A DNA stretch of 63,832 nucleotides, the filler included, from Thelocarpon superellum (taxonomy: Eukaryota): assembly GCA_026025795.1 (NCBI GenBank). It is 10 parts of 10 records of this genome, joined end to end, with 100 filler letters (N's around TTAATTAATTAA, not from the genome) between each part and the next. Parts side by side here need not be neighbours in the genome. Positions count along the whole stretch, not along the records: positions 20,843 to 27,632 come from JAPEUG010000660.1; positions 27,733 to 34,519 come from JAPEUG010000661.1; positions 34,620 to 41,376 come from JAPEUG010000662.1; 7 more parts are not named here. One strand, 5' to 3'. A program made the translations under genes and the position numbers. The notes beneath the pieces were generated by a model. It searched no databases. It worked only from the letters and a program-made list of their open reading frames with translations, and was not told where the DNA came from. Numbering within the stretch: the first letter of the stretch is position 1; each line of letters begins with the position of its first letter. Of the stretch, positions 26,701 through 38,220 are shown in pieces.

Positions 26701-27001
26701 CGGCGGGAGGCTGGGGCGGCGACGCGTCTGGTCGACCGCTCGAATCTCCGACCGGTGGGGGCGGGTCTAAGGGAAGACCGAGTCCTTGTGCCCAATTGTC
26801 CATTCTGGGAGGTAGGATCTGGGGAAACGGGGCAGGAGCATCGAGCTCCAGGTCTCCCAGGAGTGGTGACTCAAATGGACGCGTGGCAGCATCGGTGGGG
26901 GGAATGGTCTTGGGTGGCGTGGTCGGCGGATGGGGGGCTAATGGTTCCAGGCTCGGAGAGCTCGCCCTGTTCAGGTCAGGAAGATTAGCGATGAACTCCA
27001 T
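23780..27001 (-). CDS. BCAS3-like WD40/beta-propeller protein
   Basis: 1073-aa ORF; LSHRWLAY, SFLSFAPDGLALLTASKKGD, ARFSRMT, RGTVHLF and YAEIETNAPYQPFHTD motifs. Confidence 0.75.
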   Translation of the reverse strand: MEFIANLPDLNRASSPSLEPLAPHPPTTPPKTIPPTDAATRPFESPLLGDLELDAPAPFPQILPPRMDNWAQGLGLPLDPPPPVGDSSGRPDASPPQPPAAFPAFRSSAHSASPPTAVRGPFSHPGVYPAPMGSASPKLRGASRRVSMHSPRAAYAHPIAITQPPPPHLPQSHFYSLPQPDFAHLHAPTTHPVPGEGGYCCCYDSLAAAGDVASQTAENVLLVGRDSGLDVFRVEASKLSLLGRLNHLRGGVHGAKILPWTARDDPLAEIRPLVAVVVHGPLASDAGAPAPSPPPPPVNHEMALVDLHQRPPYPNGPSFDETTHYQTSVEIYSLRRGSHIATLYTSPPVELPTPTSSPFFVPPPPVGSLRLEACGRYVVVASGTSGELFVFGLLGTDAEQGRKGTDIRCLAKVWSTIQPSVRASAPSSANSSDSEGPGWEGRHDDVPQGTPLVSLSHRWLAYVPAPRSTPSLNGRAGVAEGHPTPVGLSTHTAPSQPAVTCAVDMPDPGGILNRVTREVTQEVIKGAKWVGDQGLQAWRNYWHKQSGNESAGGPSGPMARDANPFNLQYFPPTHGQSTAHLTPSNDPSLVSIIDLDRLVSLLGTSSPARLSPIATFPAPLGCSFLSFAPDGLALLTASKKGDVQFVWDLMRIQHGKVGPGLASSTMVHGPKVRQLARFSRMTVAKIVDVVWTRPQGRRLAIITSRGTVHLFSLPPSAYQWPPPRRMVRPGSVTGGGKTEATAEKPMARNEAVGNAVSAAIKMVTDTTQPILTAAQRRRGSTGPGFGALTSTGMQGGKMMAAGLSKSLGAASGTISTFRNVGDNRISLPTNGGAVAPDSVRWMTGRERGLIGVIGGGTLRVIRLGGGRSGQRGRRFSSTDGKVVEYEVNFSDERVTSSLFGRLADDERVDGSAETSMTWKPCVTEGPRRDVHLDSHPLSYAEIETNAPYQPFHTDPRVRLFAYTGSDTGPSLSTSTEPWTFGNEIATRKLNVGATTTNESSADEELLCGQTMENVLQIGKDADSVEQIVVTTQRRKRGHRGNGEVGGGAGLGLGGDDGFFEDDCDVLDFAEDRV

Positions 27002-27632
27002 TTTGACCTATCTCGCACGCGCGGCAGATGTCCGATGTCGACACATGCCTGACAATGCCTAGTTTGGGACGGGCTTACGGTACATTTGGATGTGATCTGG
27101 GAGTAGCTGCCCGCGGGCTGCTTTCTTTCGTTTGCTCATCTCGCCCGCCACCTGTTGCGGGGACGTTCCCTATCGTGTCGGGATGGCGCGGTCCCGAACA
27201 CGAAGGGTTCAACTCTCGCGTCTATCGATCCACCGCTTCGGATGCAGATTCGATGAGCGGCCAATCAATCCCGCCCAGCCGTCAGGGCGAGGGCTTGTTT
27301 CGGCAAGATTATGTTGATGGACGATGTGTGGTATAGAGGAGTTGCGCACAGGGACGGCAATGGTGAGGTGGCGATACAAATGGCTGGCAAGTGCTGAGGT
27401 CGGGCTGTGACGTCGTCAGCTGGCTCCGGCCGTGACCATCGTGGCTCGTGACGTACCGATCTCCGTGGACCGTAAGAATGCCAGAGCAGGCAGCCAGCAG
27501 CTCACAAAGCTGCGACGTCGCAACGATGCTGAGTCACTCAGATGCTAAGGGAGATGACCATATACAAAGAGCGATGGCGAAATGATGCACAGCACGAACG
27601 ACGACCCAGATGCCGCGCGCCTCCGTGAACAA

Positions 27633-27732
27633 NNNNNNNNNNNNNNNNNNNNNNNNNNNNNNNNNNNNNNNNNNNNTTAATTAATTAANNNNNNNNNNNN
27701 NNNNNNNNNNNNNNNNNNNNNNNNNNNNNNNN
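27633..27732. other. Artificial contig-joining spacer
   Basis: 44 N + TTAATTAATTAA + 44 N. Confidence 0.98.
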
Positions 27733-27876
27733 TCGACAGGCAGACATATGACGACGAAGCTCCAAGACGACCGAAACGAAGCCGTGTTCATTCCCTGGCT
27801 TCCCTCCTCCTTTTCCTCCTACAGTATTCGCGCAGGCGACGGTGCGTGATCTGTTGGACCACTCATTCACGTCAAC

Positions 27877-28908
27877 ATGAGCTCTGGATATGATCGGGCG
27901 CTTTCCGGTAAGCAACTCTCGCTCTCGAATTCGACTTCACGGAATCTGCCCTGGTGATGCTGACCTGCTCAAGTCTTTAGGTGTGGTCCGTTTGACTCGT
28001 GACAATGTTCATTGACCAACCAAGTACCCTCACAGTCCCGATGGCCACGTCTTCCAAGTCGAGTACGCGCTTGAGGCGGTGAAACGAGGTATGTCGCCCA
28101 TCTCCCGTTGGTCATGAGGCACGCCTAAGCCCTGGACAGGAACCTGCGCCGTCGGGGTGAAAGGCAAGGATATCGTCGTCCTCGGCTGTGAGAAGCGGTC
28201 GGCGATGAAGCTTCAAGACACGCGCATCACGCCCTCCAAGATCGGCCTAATCGACACCCACGTCTGTCTCGCCTTCGCCGGACTCAACGCGGATGCCCGA
28301 ATTCTCGTCGACAAGGCGCGATTAGAGGCACAGTCGCATCGCCTGACGGTCGAGGATCCCGTCACCATTGAATACATCACCAAGTACGTCGCGGGAGTGC
28401 AGCAGCGATACACGCAGAGCGGAGGCGTCCGGCCCTTTGGCATCAGCACCTTGATCGTAGGATTCGACAAAGGAGACACGGTCCCGCGACTCTATCAAAC
28501 GGAGCCATCGGGTATCTACTCGGCATGGTACGTCCTCCGACCTAGCTTCCTCCGTCACATGCTTACCGCAGAGGCAGGAAAGCGAACGCCATCGGCCGCT
28601 CGAGCAAGACGGTGCGCGAGTTCCTCGAGCGCAATCACAAAGACGATTTGGATCGAGACGAGACCATCAAACTGACCGTCAAGTCGTTGCTGGAGGTGGT
28701 CCAGACGGGGGCCAAGAACATTGAGATCGCCGTCATGGCTCCAGGGAAGACGCTGGAGATGTTACCGGTGGAGGAGATTGAATCCTACGTCAAGAGCATC
28801 GAGACGGAGAAGCAAGAGGAGGCGGCCAAGAAGAAGACGGGCCGAACGCCGGGGACGGGCACTGCCGCCATCCTCACGCGTCCTGGCGGAGAGCCCTCTG
28901 ATAGCTAG
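27877..28908 (+). CDS. PRE6: 20S proteasome subunit alpha-4; includes a 7-nt exon at 27974-27980
   Basis: [61 protein letters not shown]. Confidence 0.96.
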
Positions 28909-29063
28909 CCGTAGCATGTCTCCGACGTGAACTCGTCGACGCCGGTGACTTGTACCCATCTCCATGTACACCATCACACGTACGCCCGCACGGACGCCTC
29001 GCCATGCGTTGGGTCATGTGCTTCTGCTATGACGCCCCTGCCTGACGCCAAACGATGCCCAAG

Positions 29064-29716
29064 CTAACCAAGACGATCTGGAGCGTCCTTGACGTCAAAT
29101 ATGGAACGTGGAGCGTCGGCTCGAATTCGATCATCCTTCAGCATCCTGGAACAGGGATTAGCACTGCTTCCCCAGGAGGGTGACTGCCGAGCACGGCTCA
29201 CCTTGAATCGATCCGGGCATCCTCGCCTTCGACTTTGAGCGATGGCTTGGGCGTAAGGGCATCGAGCACGAAGTGGTTGTCGCAGTGGGGGCAGTATTCA
29301 TCGCTGGTCGTGTTACTGGGCGACGTCGTCTCTCCCTGTGTCGCCGAAAGCACTCACCTCTCCTCAAACTCTTGCGCGTCCTTTCGGAAACATTTCTTGC
29401 ATTTCTTGCAGGCAAAGGTCTTCGTGGCGTGGTCAACATGAACGTTGCCACCCGATTCCAAAAGTCAAGGAACCTACCAGATCGAACTTCTGCATGAGCG
29501 GGTGGTCTTCTTGCTCTTGGTGACATTCGGCGCAGTCAAACCATTTTTGACCTGGATGATCATCTGTCGTCAGCCGTAGCCGTAACGTGTGGTCGTTGAC
29601 CGGGGACACCGCGTACAGCATGGGGATCGGATCGACACTTGTGCATTCAGGACGTGTTTGCTGCTCGATGCTTTAGAGATGCGACCGAGCTCGTCTTACC
29701 AGATCACTTACCACAT
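29064..29716 (-). CDS. Small CHY-type zinc-finger protein, multi-exon
   Basis: Spliced MCKHVLNAQVSIRSPCCQKWFDCAECHQEQEDH...FACKKCKKCFRKD...DEYCPHCDNHFVLDA. Confidence 0.88.
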
Positions 29717-30469
29717 CTTGCAAGGCAAAGGCAAAGACAATCTGAGAGATTCAAAAGCGTGTCGCAGAGTGTGACGATCGGGGAGGCTTGATGCTGGCGG
29801 ACGTTATGGAGGGATGGAGATTGCACTTTGCCCCGCGGTTCCTGCATGATTTCCGGGCTTCCGTCACTCGGTGGCGCCCCGCCATCAGACTGCCTCCGGC
29901 CGTGAGCCCACACCGGAACTCAAGTGTACGTCTCAACTTATGCAGCTCTCCTCTTATCTGATCCTAGCCCTCCCTGCGCCTCCGACCCGGTCATGTAAAA
30001 GCGTGTGAACACCTCCATCACTGCGACAAGCTCCAGTGCAGCAGCATCCGGCTCGCTGCTGCCCTCCTTGCGGTAACCCGTCCGAGACGCCCAAAGTCTG
30101 GCCACCAACGGTGCCCCACCAACGACTCAGTCAGCTCCTGTCTAGACAAGCCGAACACTACGCCCGTGAACCGTACCCAATTCACGAGAGCAGTTGCAAT
30201 CGCGTGGCGTAGCCTATCGACAGACTTGGCACTTGCTCAACTTGCTCATGCTCACTCGTGGAGCTACGTTGCGAACGGATCAGTAACGTCCTTCGTAGCT
30301 GCAATCGGCCTCGCGCCCCTGTAGTGGGGGTGCCTCCATGGGAGAGCGCCATGCGCCATCGCTGTGCCAGAACGGTTCCAGCCCTTGACCAGGCTATCTG
30401 ATCCATCTATGGGCGCGTGGAAGGCGTGAGAACCTTACTGAGGCGCTCGAGCTCCGTCGTGCCCTCGAC

Positions 30470-33400
30470 ATGGATCCTCCCAACCCGGATGGCCACGATA
30501 GCTCTTCAATCGTCGGTAACCCCCTTCCAGTGACATGGGTGCCCAAGATTGAAGTCTGTGCTAATTCGACTCGCAGAAACCGGTGTCGTCCTTGTTGTCC
30601 CACTTCGAGAATCTCACGGGCGCAGGCAAGGAGGTGAAGCCGCGCGAGCCACGAGAGACCGCGGTCCCGACCAGCCTGAATCGGTTCAAGACCGCAGCGG
30701 AAGATGACCCGAGCAGGAAGTCGTCGGATTCGTCCCATGATGGATCGTGGACCCCGCGAGGCAAGGCAGAGGATCTACAAGATGGCCAACGTGCCCCTGT
30801 TCCGGCCCCGACTCTTCCCCCGTCCGAAACTCCCACGTTGCCGGCGCGACCAAAGCCAAATCCCACAGGGCCAAAGCCCCCGACGCTCTCTCCTCCTGCA
30901 TTGCTCATCGAAGCGCCTCGTTCGCCGGCAAAGCCTGCAGGGGTCAAACCCGCAACGCTTCAACCAAGCATCAGGCCCGGAGTGGGACCACAAGCCGACC
31001 CACTATCAGGCACCATACCGCCATTTTCCCAAATCAAGCTCCCTCCTCAGGTTCCCAGACGACCAGAGACTCCTCCAGTCCACCGTCCCCGCTCGCCCTT
31101 TCTGTCCGCATTTGAAATTGACGACCTAGCCTTGCAGTCGACATCGTCCTCATCATCGGGACCCGAACGAGCCACCGTACGAGGGAAGCTGTCCGCCACC
31201 CCTCCGCCACCACCGGTGAGCCGGGCAACCAAGCCCATCTCAGCCCAATCATCACCAGGGCCGAGTACCGTGAAAGACCTCTTACCGATGCCGTCCTTAG
31301 CACCTGTGAATATGCCGTCGGAAGACAAAATCTCGCCCTTTAACACCCCGCCCAGCAGCGATGAAGGTTCTTCCCCCACTCCGCAATCTGAACTTTGTGC
31401 CATAGTCCCGACCCCACCGTCAGCCAGCTCTCACCGAAGCACTTTCGATCCGCCTCCCGTCCATCATGCCGTTGCCGAAAAACGTCGGGACAACCACGCG
31501 CGAACTCCCTCGGACCTTATACGGTCCGTGCAATCTTCCGGTCGGTCTCGTGGGCCACCCTCATCTACGCTGCGGGACGCGAGCGATGACCGTCCAGGCC
31601 TACCACCACGACGGCCAACGGAGCCAGCCACGAACGCCTCGGCAAGTGCGAAGATCGAGTCAACGTCAAGATCAGCATCGGCTCGATTTCCGGCCCCTTC
31701 GTCTCGAGCTTCGACCCCTACTTTTCAGATGACCCACCAGACCTACGCGCCGCCTCCGCGCCGGACAGGAACCTCGGAGACCGCCGCAGACGCGGATGGG
31801 AGACCGAAGCCCAAGCCGCGAGCGCTGGACCAACCGAAGATCGACCGCGCGCTGGACCTACCGCCGATACGTTCAATCTCGTCCACACTCAGTAGGACGA
31901 CATCGGAGCCGTCGAATGACACGTTATCGGACGCGGGCATAGCACCGTACCATGCCACGGACTATCCGGACTCGTCGCGCGCCAACCGGCGGAGACCGTG
32001 CTTTCGGGTCGGGGTGCAAGAGATCCACGCCAAGCATGATACGAGGCTCTTTTGCATCAGCGGCGACTACGTGTGTAGCGCGGGGCATTTTTCCCGAGCC
32101 TGGGACCTGCGCACGGGTGAGCAGGTGATGAGCCTGAGCCACGGCGACTTTGCCAAGGTCACGTCCCTCGCCTTCAAGCCCGCGCTGAACCTGGACGATG
32201 AGGGCACGGCTCTCTGGCTCGGGACGAACGACGGCGACCTCCTCGAAGTCGACATTCTGAGTCAGAGTGTCGTCTTCACCAAAAACGGTGCACATCACCA
32301 CAGTGAAGTGATCCGGATCTTTCGGCACGCGCGTGAGATGTGGACGTTAGATGACGAAGGAAGGTTGCACATGTGGCCGCCGGACGAATCGGGCACGCCG
32401 AATCTGCGGTACAGCCCTCATCCCTTCCGAGTGCCCAAAGGCCACTCCTTTTCCATCCTCGTCCGTGGGCAGCTGTGGCTGGCAACGGGCAAAGAGATTC
32501 GCATTTTCCAGCCCGGTCTGAATGTGGACAACCAATTCCAGGTGCTCGCGCGGCCGCTGTGCCAGCCGGCCGCCGGCGACGTGACGTCGGGCGCCACATT
32601 GGGCACGAAGGTGGATCAGGTCCTATTCGGCCATACCGATGGCAAGGTCACCATCTATTCGCCCGAGGATTACTCGTGTGTCGGCATCGTCAACGTCAGC
32701 TTGTACCGCATCAGCGCCTTGACCGGCGTTGGGTCGTATCTCTGGGCGGGGTACAACACGGGCATGATCTACGTCTACGACACGAGCACCACACCGTGGA
32801 CAGTCAAGAAGGATTGGCAGGCCCATAACGATCCCGTCGTCAACATCATGATCGACCCCAGCAGCATGTGGAAGTTGGATCGGCTTCAGGTGGGGTCACT
32901 GGGCGCCGACAACTTCATGCGCGTATGGGATGGGATGCTGCAAGATGACTGGCTCGGTACTTGTTCCGCGCCCCATCGGATGGGTTCCCTCGCTGACGCA
33001 GGATGATGCAGAGAGCGAGATGCAAGAAAACGACGTCGAGTACTGCCAGTTTCGCGAGGCGCAAGTGCTGGTCATGACCTGGAACGCGGGCGCTTCCAAG
33101 CCGGGGACCTTTAAGCGGGACGATGTCGACAACGCCTTCTTTCAGCACTTGCTGCAGGAGAGCGAGGCGCCGGAGATCTTGGTATTTGGCTTCCAGGAGT
33201 TGATCGATCTCGAGGATAAACGACTCACGGCCAGTCAGTCCTCTCTGCCCTGGTGCCTTGGGCAGCTACTGACGGGGATGGCAGAGAGCTTCTTCAAGGG
33301 CAGCAAGAAGGCCGACTCTTCCGACCAGGAGCACATGAGTCGCGCATACCGCGAATGGCGAGACTTTCTCAGCCGCTGTGTGGAGGACTTCATGCCGACC

Positions 33401-34436
33401 CACGAGCGTTATGACCTGCTCCACACCTCGAGCATGGTCGGCCTCTTCACCTGTATCTTTGTCAAGGAGAGCGAACGCGAGCGCATTGGAAACGTGTCCA
33501 ACTCGGAAGTTAAGTGTGGGATGGGGGGCTTGCACGGTAACAAGGTGTGTGCGATCTCAGGCCTGGCATCCACTTGGCGTTTCTCACCTCGGCCTGTAGG
33601 GTGCGCTCATCGTCCGATTCACGTTCGACGATAGCTCACTCTGTTTCGTGAACTGCCACTTGGCCGCGGGACAGACGCAGACGGTTCATCGGAATAACGA
33701 CATTGCGGCGATCATAGAGGCGGCTTCGCTGCCACCCGAGCGAGATCCGGCGGTGCGCGTGGAGCGGTACATTGGCGGCGGCGATGGATCGATGATCCTC
33801 GATCACGAGATTTGCATTCTCAACGGAGATCTCAACTACCGCATCGATACCATGAGCCGTGATACCGTGGTCAACGCGGTCAAAGCCAACAATCTGACGA
33901 AGCTCCTGGAGCGAGATCAACTGTTGCTGTCGCGACGGAAGAATCCTGGCTTTCGGCTTCGCGCCTTCAAGGAATCGCCCATCACCTTTGCCCCGACCTA
34001 TAAGTACGACGTGGGCATGGACCGGTACGACACGAGCGAGAAGCGACGGTCGCCCGCGTGGTGTGATCGCGTGCTGTACCGGGGCCTGGGCCGGATCAAG
34101 CCGGTGGACTACCGACGCCTGGAGCTTCGCGTGTCGGATCATCGTCCGGTCGTGGCCTCCTTCAAGGTGCGCATCAAGACGGTGTCGCCGGCGCAGCGAA
34201 CGGTGATCTGGGGGCGATGCCAGGAACGCTTCATGGTCTTCAAGCAACGAGTCGCGCAGGAGGCCCAGTACGTTCCCCTGTTCCTCCGATCGCCCACGTG
34301 ATGTCGCGTGCGGGTCGTGTCGGCATGCTGACTCATCTTCGATCGTAGCCTGGACTTCCTCGTCCGAGTGTGTGGCTTCGACGTGACCGAAGCCAAGACT
34401 TTGGCGAAATCACTCATGAAGAGTCGACGTGGCTGA
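30470..34436 (+). CDS. Inositol polyphosphate 5-phosphatase with a Pro/Ser-rich N-terminus and a WD40-like region
   Basis: TWNAGA, FGFQELIDL, GNKGA, NCHLAAG, GDLNYRI, PTYKYD, PAWCDRVLY and SDHRPV catalytic motifs. Confidence 0.93.
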
Positions 34437-34519
34437 GGTTCCGCGATCTTGTCGGAGGGAGCCAAAGGAATGCAACTGGGAAAGTGTAACCGTGATGCAC
34501 GAGGCACGGACGACGGAAC

Positions 34520-34619
34520 NNNNNNNNNNNNNNNNNNNNNNNNNNNNNNNNNNNNNNNNNNNNTTAATTAATTAANNNNNNNNNNNNNNNNNNNNNNNNN
34601 NNNNNNNNNNNNNNNNNNN
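34520..34619. other. Artificial contig-joining spacer
   Basis: 44 N + TTAATTAATTAA + 44 N. Confidence 0.98.
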
Positions 34620-35441
34620 AACTCGAGAAAGGCATAGCCCTTGGATCGGCCCGTCGGGCTGTCTTTCAGCGTCAGGTGGCGCATGCTGAAGGGCTGGAGG
34701 GAGTGGAAGTGCGCGCTGATGCTTTCTGTCGTTGCCGTGTAGGGGAGGTTTCCTGCAGAGAGGAGGGGCGTTAGCATCGATCTCACATAGAGTGGAGAAG
34801 CCCAGAAAGGAAGAGAAGAGGTGTGGTATACCGATGAAGACGATGAAGCGCGCTCCCTTGGGACCATCCTGCGCCGTCTTCAATGTCTTTGCGCCCGAAT
34901 CAGCGGGTGCACCGCCACCCCCATGCCCACTCCCATCCCCAGCTGTGTTCTCCTTCCCCTTTCGTTTCTTCTTTTTCTGCTTCTTGTTGTTCTTGCTGGA
35001 GCTGACCACCTCTTTTTCGTCGTCCGCCTCATTATCGTCCTCCTTTGTCGTCGCTACGATTTCGTCCGTGGGGGATAGCTCGGGCTCAGGCTCTTGCGCG
35101 ACCGACGGGTCGACGTAAGGCGCATCGTCCTCGACAGCCTCCTCTTGCGCCCTCCCGTTGACCTTCGTGTCTTTCTTTGCCCGCTTCATGTCGTAGTCGC
35201 CCACTCTTTGTTTCTTCCCCTTGGCTTTGGACGTCGGCGTGTCGGCGCTCGCGATGACTGCTGGCGCTACGCCATTAGTCTCCAATCCCTCCATGCGCGT
35301 GCCCATGCCCATGCCCGTGCCATCCTCGTCCGCGTCGTTGGTGTCTGGTAAATCCGTGACCGCTTCTTCGCGCTTGCGCTTTCGAGAGCGGCGGGAGTCC
35401 TCGCCCTTTTGGGGCTTGGTCTCTCGACTTGGCTTCCCCAT
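34620..35441 (-). CDS. Nop6-like nucleolar RRM protein (3'-truncated by the gap)
   Basis: Lys/acidic N-terminus; RFIVFIG-NLPYTAT (RNP2) and SKGYAFLE (RNP1). Confidence 0.8.
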
Positions 35442-36152
35442 GGCGGGATGAGGCCTTTGTCTTTCCTTAGTGCGACCACTCCATGGCGATGAGGAGTGTG
35501 ATATAGGATGCTGATCAGGGGTAAGGGAGGAGTGGATGTGGGGGACGGAGCAGGAAAGAGTCAAAAGCCATGAGTAAATTATCCACATCGATGGCGGAGC
35601 GGAACTTGCCGGATGAGTGATATTGACATCACCCCCCCCTAACCAATCACAACTAGTCTACTACGACGTATGCTCTACAGGTACGTCGGGTGCATCTCAC
35701 GCTGAATCAAAAGTCGTTCTCTATCTACCGTGATTGCAGGCTATCTTGCGAACGAGTCAGGCTAGATGTGGGGCCTGCGCGAGGCACACGTTCATCCACG
35801 TGTTGGTCGAGAGCCCGGGAGAGATCTCCCTCGCCACGGACGGAGAAGTGACATCATGAAGAGGAAAGAGAACATGTTGTCCTCGTGCCAGAGGGAGATG
35901 GAGTCGCTAGGGTAGCAAGTGGCCGTGCAAAGTGAAAGTACCGAGGAGTGCCGAGGAGTCCGGGAAGTGAGAGAGCAGGTGGCTGCGACGGGGTCGGAGG
36001 TCTGGGACGTGAGGATATGCTCCCCGTCCCACGCCGCTCCTCCGAGCGTGGTGCCGCACCGGGCACCGAGCACCGAGTCGTAGACGCCGATCAATGTCCA
36101 ATCGCCACTCCACCACACGTTGCCCAAGCGCGACAAGGAAGAACGAGACGCC

Positions 36153-36989
36153 TCACAGAATGCTGCACTTTGCCTTCTTCTTCTGCGGCGCAGGTTTGGG
36201 GCTGAGCACCGCTCTAGATGGCGTGGCACGGGTCAGCCGTGGGTGTGGAGCATGGGAGAGCACCGGCTCATGCTCACCGTATGGCCTCATCAAACACGGT
36301 CTTTAGCCCGCGCTGGGTCAAGGCGGAGCATTCAATGTACTTGACCGCGCCAATCTGCTTCTTCACCTCATTGGCACGCTCCCACCCGATGGGCTCCATC
36401 TTCTTCTGCCGCAAGGCTTCCTTGGTGCTGGGGTCATCTCGGAGATCGAGCTTTGTGCCGACCAGGATGATGGGGACGTTAGGGGCGTGATGTTCGATTT
36501 CCGGATGCCACTATTCACCGCCTCCGTCAGTCGTGGTGCGCGGACCCGACGGCCATGCACGCGCGTACCTTGGCCGTGACGTTGTCAAACGACGGCGGGC
36601 TGACGATGGAGAAGCACACGAGGAAGACGTCGGTCTGAGGATAGGAGAGGGGGCGCAATCGGTCGTAGTCCTCTTGTCCGGCCGTGTCCCACAGGCCTAA
36701 GCTGATAGGCTTGCCGTCGACCATGACGCTGGCCGAATAATTGTCGAACCTGTGCCGTTTGTTAGCGGCACGTGCCGGGGCGCATGCACCAGGCGGGACC
36801 TACACGGTGGGAATGTATTCGCCGGGAAAGGCGTTGGTGGTGTATGAAATCAGGAGACACGTCTTCCCCACCGCGCCGTCCCCTGTCACCACGCACTGCG
36901 AAGCTCTGATCAGCACGCGGAGGGGACGGGCCGTCTAAAATCGAGCCGAAACGTACCTTCAGCGACTGCGTCGCTGGGGCGGCCGCCAT
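36153..36989 (-). CDS. RAC1: Rac-family small GTPase, 5 exons
   Basis: [62 protein letters not shown]; polybasic tail plus CAAX (KKKAKCSIL). Confidence 0.95.
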
Positions 36990-37712
36990 GATCGTGGGCG
37001 CTCCGATCACGGAAAAGCCTCGGATAAGGTGAGCCGGGCAATGGCGTCAAGAGGTGGGTCTCCGTCTGTGGTAGTGGGTAAGTGATTAGGGCGGAGGAAA
37101 GGCCTGCCTAGGAGCGGGGCACGGCGGCGTGACGGCGTGACAGGGTGACAAAGTGACAGTGGTCCGTCGAGCGATCGTGCTGGGCCGTACGAGTCCACCG
37201 TCGTGGACGCGAAGCAGGATCAATCAAGCGGCGCGCCACGGAACGCACGGATCAGAGAGTGAGACGCGGCGGAAAGCGAGCGACGGCGACGGCGGCGGGC
37301 GGGATCGGGGTGGGAATTACGGTGGGCGGACACCAGCGCTCCTAGCCGCGGGCGGAGACAGGAACGGCGGGTGAAAGTCGAATGTATCTCCAGCGTGATG
37401 GGCCGCGGATCGATCACGCCCGTAACGGCAAGTGGCGGTGGGGACGGGGGATTGTGATGCAGACGGATGTGAGAGCGTCCGCACGCTACTCCGTGGGGCG
37501 CGGTGCAGTCGGCTCGGGCAGGGGCGGAGGGAGAGGGCGATGGATGACGGATGACGGATGATCAGTGGCCCTCGATGCTCTTGCCGGACGGCGGGGTGTT
37601 TGCAGATCCTCCGAGAGGACGGTTTACTGCTGATGCTGCTGCCGCTGCTGCTGCCTCCCTTCTCGCATGCTGCCCTTCACTCACTTCCCGGTGGCCAGGA
37701 TCCGTGGTTAGC

Positions 37713-37740
37713 GGCTCGCTGCTCGCTGCTCGCTGCTCGC
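37713..37740. repeat. GCTCGCT 7-mer tandem repeat
   Basis: About four copies in the intergenic region between Rac and the SDR gene. Confidence 0.7.
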
Positions 37741-38220
37741 TGATTGTGTCGCGGCTATGGCTGCCGTCTACTCGCACCCCGTCTGGTAGAGCCCCATAAC
37801 CTGGTCGTCAGTCGCAGCCCGCCTCCTCATTGGCCGACACGCTTGGCGTTGCCCGGCTCCCCACCCAGTGACGGCACTGCTGGATCACGTGAGCACAGCC
37901 ACCAGGCGCCGTGCCCACCGATACGACGGAAAAAGCCCAGGGCGGCAGAGGTCGAGCTCCTCGTAGGCAGCCATTGTCCGGAGCCCATTGTCCGGAACCT
38001 ATCGTCAGAAGGCCCTTGTCCCCAGAATCCTCTCCTGCCTCCAGCTGTCCATGGGCCCGGTCCCACGTGCTGGCCCCTTTGTCCCTCCCATCGCGTTGTT
38101 GCGTGCCGTGCCTGCATTCCCCGCCAGTGCCGTCACCGATATTGACTCCCGGCAGACCCCCAACCAGCGCTTTAGCGTGGGCGCCGATTGCGCCGCGACC
38201 CCCACCGGCTGCCCCTCGAT

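Noticed and set aside
9150..36989. Rho signalling cluster (Rom2 GEF, inositol 5-phosphatase, Rac)
   Set aside because: The genes lie on different concatenated contigs, so the co-location is an artefact.
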